Positions 59,965 to 64,000 of a DNA stretch of 64,000 nucleotides are shown piece by piece. Made by a program: the position numbers and the translations under genes. The notes beneath the pieces were generated by a model. The model was given only the letters and a program-made list of their open reading frames with translations. It ran no database searches and was not told the origin of the DNA. Source of the DNA: Cyanobacteria bacterium P01_F01_bin.150. GTDB taxonomy: Bacteria > Cyanobacteriota > Cyanobacteriia > CAKZMO01. Where the stretch lies: assembly GCA_039189765.1 (NCBI GenBank), contig JBCCYL010000025.1:11807-75806 (forward strand), in the 5' to 3' direction. How positions within the stretch are numbered: the first letter of the stretch is position 1; the number at the start of each line of letters is the position of its first letter.

Positions 59965-62175
59965 TTATTCAACAACATTGATTGTAACTAGATGATCACC
60001 ACGAGAAACTGGATTGTCTAATTTAGGCACCCCACACTTTTCAAGCTTAAGGATCGTTTTGTTCTTTGTTCCAGGCGGTATTTGCAATGAGGTGGCTCCG
60101 TCAAGAGTTTTAACCTCAATATTACAGCCCAAATCTGCCTGATTTTTACTAATTTCAACGGATGATAGAATGTCTAACTCATTTCTCTTTAACTCTGAGT
60201 CTTCATTAACAGATAAACGAACGTAAAGATCGCCAGGGGGACCGTCTAACTTTCCTGCATCGCCTTCCCAAGGAATTCTAAGACTGGTGCCAGTGTCTAC
60301 ACCCGCAGGGATGGCTATCTTTAATTTTTTCGTTTCAGCCTTTCTTCCAATGCCATCGCAAACATCACATTTTTGCTCACGTATTTGTCCAGTTCCATCA
60401 CACGCCGAGCACTTGCAACGTTGGGTAAAACTGCCGAATGGTGTTCGCGTTAAACGTTGAACCTGACCAGATCCATTACAAGTCGAACAGCTACATAAAC
60501 TCGTACTAGGTTTAGCTACTGCACCGCCACACTTATAGCAGGTTGTTAAGTGTGTGACTTTAATGGTCTTGTCTCCACCAAATGCAGCCTCTTTGAGATC
60601 CAGCGATAGATCTATCGTCAAATCATCTCCACGTTTTGCCTTTCCTCGATTTAACCAGCTTAACCAGCTCTGTTTGTTTGTTTTGTCTTGAGCTAATTGT
60701 CGTCGATCAGCTTCTTGCGGCTCTTGCTGTCGTCGATCAGCTTCTCGCGGCTCTTGCTGTCGTCGATCAGCTTCTCGCTGCTCTTGCAACTGCTCTTGAT
60801 ATTTTGCTTCTCGTAATGGTTTCTCCAGAGCAGCAATATCATCCTCCTTTAACCCAAGCTGTTGCTGGTAGTTTCTAAGACCATCAATTACATACTGACT
60901 AAAAGGGTACTCTACATCAATTGCACGCATGAATTCCTGTTCATAGCGCTTCAAGTTCTCGGCATAGGCAGCATTTTTCTGTTCTATCTGTCGTTTTTCT
61001 GCTTCTTTTCGTTGGCGTTCTTCTTTGGCCCGCTGGCGTTCTAGTTGTTGTTTTGACTTGGCAATTTGCTCTTCTTGGGTTGCATTAACCTCGCTTTGAA
61101 TTTTAGCAACATCGCTATCTTGTAGACCTAAAACTTCTTGTTGCCACTCCCGCAGGTCTGCCAGCATCAATTCACCAGGTGGATACTGCTTTTTTACCTC
61201 AACCTCATATTCTTGCCGATAACGTTCTAAACTTTTGAGTCGCCGACGAGTTGGCTCTAAGACGCTTGCGACAATGGATTGCCTTTGTTCAACTGTAATG
61301 CTCCATTGCTGAGCTCGTTTAGCTAAAATTTCTTGTGAGCGATGGCTACGAATCTCGCCCCGCGAATGGTCAACATATTGCTCCACAAGCTTTCTAAACC
61401 GTGATTCAGCATTAATTTTGACTTTGCTCAAAATGATGTCATAACCTTCATCATTTGCAACAATGATGTCAGGCTTCATTTTGGGCTTGACTTCCTGTAC
61501 CTTTTGCCTGGCATAGTTGTGCACTTCTCGCACAGTTACGATGCCATCTTGATTTTTATCCGCCGTACCTTCCTCAATCCCTTCGATAAAATATTGTGTA
61601 TAAAGCGATAAGTCTGAACTCTCTTGCTGAAACGATACTTGAGTTGATGATGATGACGTTAGCACCACGCGACCTTCTTTACCGAGTTCTTGCTCTAGCT
61701 CAACTTTGACATTGCCTTTTCGCTGCCACCCCTCTGCAAACGCACCGCTATAGCAACAGTCGAGAATAATCACCTGGCGCTTCGCATAGATATCATCCGA
61801 TAAGTTTTGAATAAAGCTGGCAGGCACAGAGCGTGATCGATAAAGACGTTTAGACGTGTGTTTGGTCGTTAAATAGAGACGGTTACTATCATCAGTAATG
61901 CCATGCCCTGAAAAATAGAACAGCACTAAATCCTGCTTAGTCGAACGCATAAATAGCTCTTCAATCCTTTCACGCATCTCTGCCAAATCAGGATTGATCA
62001 ACGCTGTGATGTTAGCCGGATCAAAGCCACCCAGCTCAGGATTTTCCAACACACGCTTAACAGCCGCCACATCCTTTGGCGGAGCACTGAGAACCTCTAA
62101 ACCCTCACCATACTCACTAACCCCAATCAGCAACGCGAGCTTTTTAGAGTCCGGCACTATATTCTCCACCTGCAC
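59965..62175 (-). CDS. Caspase-like (peptidase C14) protein fused to DnaJ zinc-finger and C-terminal domains (no J domain)
   Basis: ALLIGVSEY; YFSGHG; ILDCCYSG; coiled coil; four CxxCxGxG-like motifs; IPAGVDTG..LR...EGDAG...GDLYV. The start may be GTG 62157. Confidence 0.9.
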   Translation of the reverse strand: MQVENIVPDSKKLALLIGVSEYGEGLEVLSAPPKDVAAVKRVLENPELGGFDPANITALINPDLAEMRERIEELFMRSTKQDLVLFYFSGHGITDDSNRLYLTTKHTSKRLYRSRSVPASFIQNLSDDIYAKRQVIILDCCYSGAFAEGWQRKGNVKVELEQELGKEGRVVLTSSSSTQVSFQQESSDLSLYTQYFIEGIEEGTADKNQDGIVTVREVHNYARQKVQEVKPKMKPDIIVANDEGYDIILSKVKINAESRFRKLVEQYVDHSRGEIRSHRSQEILAKRAQQWSITVEQRQSIVASVLEPTRRRLKSLERYRQEYEVEVKKQYPPGELMLADLREWQQEVLGLQDSDVAKIQSEVNATQEEQIAKSKQQLERQRAKEERQRKEAEKRQIEQKNAAYAENLKRYEQEFMRAIDVEYPFSQYVIDGLRNYQQQLGLKEDDIAALEKPLREAKYQEQLQEQREADRRQQEPREADRRQQEPQEADRRQLAQDKTNKQSWLSWLNRGKAKRGDDLTIDLSLDLKEAAFGGDKTIKVTHLTTCYKCGGAVAKPSTSLCSCSTCNGSGQVQRLTRTPFGSFTQRCKCSACDGTGQIREQKCDVCDGIGRKAETKKLKIAIPAGVDTGTSLRIPWEGDAGKLDGPPGDLYVRLSVNEDSELKRNELDILSSVEISKNQADLGCNIEVKTLDGATSLQIPPGTKNKTILKLEKCGVPKLDNPVSRGDHLVTINVVE
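60695..60790. repeat. 30-bp coding tandem repeat x3 (QE(P/Q)(R/Q)EADRRQ)
   Basis: Seen in both DNA and protein. Confidence 0.85.
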
Positions 62176-62563
62176 TCATTTTTTCGAGTAGAGAACTTGC
62201 CACTTCTTCAATTTGAGCCAATTCAGCTTGACTGCGGGCTTCTAACTCAACCTCCTGTTCTCCAACTTTTACTTTCACTTTCATGGGTTTATCAGAGAAG
62301 CGATCGCCCATCCAAACCGTAAATTCCTTTAAGTTGGACAGAGTGACATCGGCAGTCAAAAATCCTACCAAAGTAGCAAAGCCTTTCTCTCCAGATTCAG
62401 AAGATTCCTTCTCAGTGCGTTCTGCACGCTCTACTTCATCGAGATCGCGTAGCTCAGGCAACACCCGCTTTGCAAATTTCAGCCGTTCGTCATCTTCTAA
62501 GTCAGGATTGCTCAGTCCAAAGGTAATTTGAATGCTGGGAGGCGCAGTCATGGATCTAGTCAA
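62144..62563 (-). CDS. EACC1-like small protein coupled to the caspase gene
   Basis: Pattern L..ELR.LD...V.R......G.KG....G.L...V.......F..W.......K.K......E.E; overlaps the caspase start. Confidence 0.7.
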   Translation of the reverse strand: MTRSMTAPPSIQITFGLSNPDLEDDERLKFAKRVLPELRDLDEVERAERTEKESSESGEKGFATLVGFLTADVTLSNLKEFTVWMGDRFSDKPMKVKVKVGEQEVELEARSQAELAQIEEVASSLLEKMSAGGEYSAGL

Positions 62564-62692
62564 GATATACGTCTAATTAATTATATACACAACGCATTGT
62601 GAGATAACAGAATGCCTCTGTACTGATCCTGCAGCATGGATTATATGCATAGCAACACTTCCCACTCCTGTGAGTTATTTAAGTAAGTGCAA

Positions 62693-63739
62693 TTAGTTCT
62701 TGCGCTTATCCCCACTCTCCAATAATCGCCTCAACTCCGCTTTCAAAACCTCCACATCCGGCAAATAGAGCTGATACCGCGACACAAACAACTGATTCGA
62801 AATCGAGCCCATCGCATACTCCACCATAATTTCATCCCGATCCGTCGCTAGCACAATCCCAATCGGGTCATTGTCATCCTCCACATTTTCCTCAGCCTTA
62901 AAATAGTTGAGGTACATATTCATCTGGCCGATATCCTGATGACTGACCGATCGCGTCTTCAAATCAATCAGCACAAAACACTTCAGGATCCGATGATAAA
63001 ACACCAAATCCACATAAAAATGCGTGTTATTCAGCGTGATTCGGTACTGCTGCCCAATAAACGCAAACCCCTTCCCCAGCTCCAGCAAAAACTGCTCCAG
63101 CTTGGCAATAAGCTGATTCTCCAGCTCACTTTCCCGATAATTCTGCTCCGGCAACTTCAAAAACTCAAACACATAGGGATCCTTCACCACATCCCTTGCC
63201 TCAGTGGGCATCTGCCCCTGTTGCGACAAAGCCAAAATCTCTCCTTTATCCCTGCTTAGTGCCACCCGTTCAAACAGCGCCGAATTCTTCTGGCGTTTTA
63301 GCTCCCGTACGCTCCAGTTTTCCCGGATGCACTGCTGCGCATAAAACGAACGGGCCAAATCATCAGAAATGGCCAGCAGCTCTGTGTAATGAGACCAGCT
63401 CAATTTTCCAGACAGTGTCTGGAAAATTGGGTATCGAAGATAGAAAAGCCGCATATAGTGAGCATTGCTTTTACTAAAACCCTTGCCATGTTGCTGCTTC
63501 AAATCCTTGGAGAGTCGAGCTAGCAATCGCGAACCATATTCTGCTTTTTCCTGTCCCTGTTGCTCAAACTCCACGATATAGCGACCAATATTCCAATAGG
63601 TCTCCACCAACGTTCGATTAACCTGCTGCACCGCCGACTGTTGCCCATTCGCCAAGCAATCGCCGATACTCTTAATCAACTGTTGGTATTGCCCATTCGT
63701 TAGATCGCTCACCGAATCCCCACCCATTTCAAATGGCAT
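62693..63739 (-). CDS. YhcG/DUF1016 PDDEXK nuclease domain protein
   Basis: YWNIG..IVE.EQ....A.YG, LSWSHY, WSVREL.RQ, KDPY.FEFL, FLLELGKGF.F...Q, DLVFYHR.L, IDLK, GQMNMY. Confidence 0.95.
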   Translation of the reverse strand: MPFEMGGDSVSDLTNGQYQQLIKSIGDCLANGQQSAVQQVNRTLVETYWNIGRYIVEFEQQGQEKAEYGSRLLARLSKDLKQQHGKGFSKSNAHYMRLFYLRYPIFQTLSGKLSWSHYTELLAISDDLARSFYAQQCIRENWSVRELKRQKNSALFERVALSRDKGEILALSQQGQMPTEARDVVKDPYVFEFLKLPEQNYRESELENQLIAKLEQFLLELGKGFAFIGQQYRITLNNTHFYVDLVFYHRILKCFVLIDLKTRSVSHQDIGQMNMYLNYFKAEENVEDDNDPIGIVLATDRDEIMVEYAMGSISNQLFVSRYQLYLPDVEVLKAELRRLLESGDKRKN

Positions 63740-63798
63740 CCCGTAGGACGTTGCCTTAGGATACCAGAGTTATAGAGCAGTTGTATTAAAACCAGACA

Positions 63799-64000
63799 TC
63801 AAGATCTTAAGACAGTGCCATCCCGAAAGGTGATAGTGCGGCGACAGCGCTGGGCCACTTCTGGATCGTGGGTGACCATGACCAGAGTCATCCCCTGCTG
63901 GTTTAGCTCCGCAAAAATATCCATAATTTCCTGACTCATCTGGGTATCCAACGCCCCCGTCGGTTCATCAGCTAGGAGGAGCTTGGGCTGATTCACAATG
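63799..64000 (-). CDS. ABC transporter ATP-binding protein (LolD/MacB-like), C-terminal end
   Basis: LLLADEPTGALD and MVTHD; runs off the window end. Confidence 0.92.
   Translation of the reverse strand, partial: IVNQPKLLLADEPTGALDTQMSQEIMDIFAELNQQGMTLVMVTHDPEVAQRCRRTITFRDGTVLRS

Noticed and set aside
59965..60640. Housekeeping dnaJ
   Set aside because: No J domain or HPD motif; it is the C-terminus of the caspase ORF.

Overview
Cyanobacterial DNA: the HIP1 octamer GCGATCGC recurs throughout, alongside heptamer tandem repeats (STRR-like) and many small palindromic elements. 1-30 kb is part of an extracellular/thylakoid-type contractile injection system (eCIS/tCIS). It encodes two Afp15/Pvc15-like AAA+ ATPases, a DUF4255 (Pvc16-like) protein, a NarL regulator, a sheath, three tubes, a tail chaperone, a broken DUF6760-like gene and three DUF4157 proteins. 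One DUF4157 protein carries a RelA/SpoT-like domain, one a permuted His...Asn-Cys peptidase-like domain, and one is a 2401-aa tape-measure-like protein. No baseplate or spike genes lie in the window. 30-46 kb is a sigma factor-DUF1822-CHAT/CHASE2-DUF928 operon converging on a TPR-CHAT and a giant filamentous-haemagglutinin-like gene, which could form a trans-envelope proteolytic signalling cascade. 47-64 kb holds an RTX protein with an N-terminal lipase-like domain, Uma2, a two-component pair, a decayed toxin-antitoxin cassette between 84-bp direct repeats, an EACC1-like gene with a caspase-DnaJ fusion, a YhcG-like nuclease and a partial ABC ATPase. Several palindromic mobile elements sit in frame inside eCIS-region genes. 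All family calls come from motif recognition by eye, not database searches.
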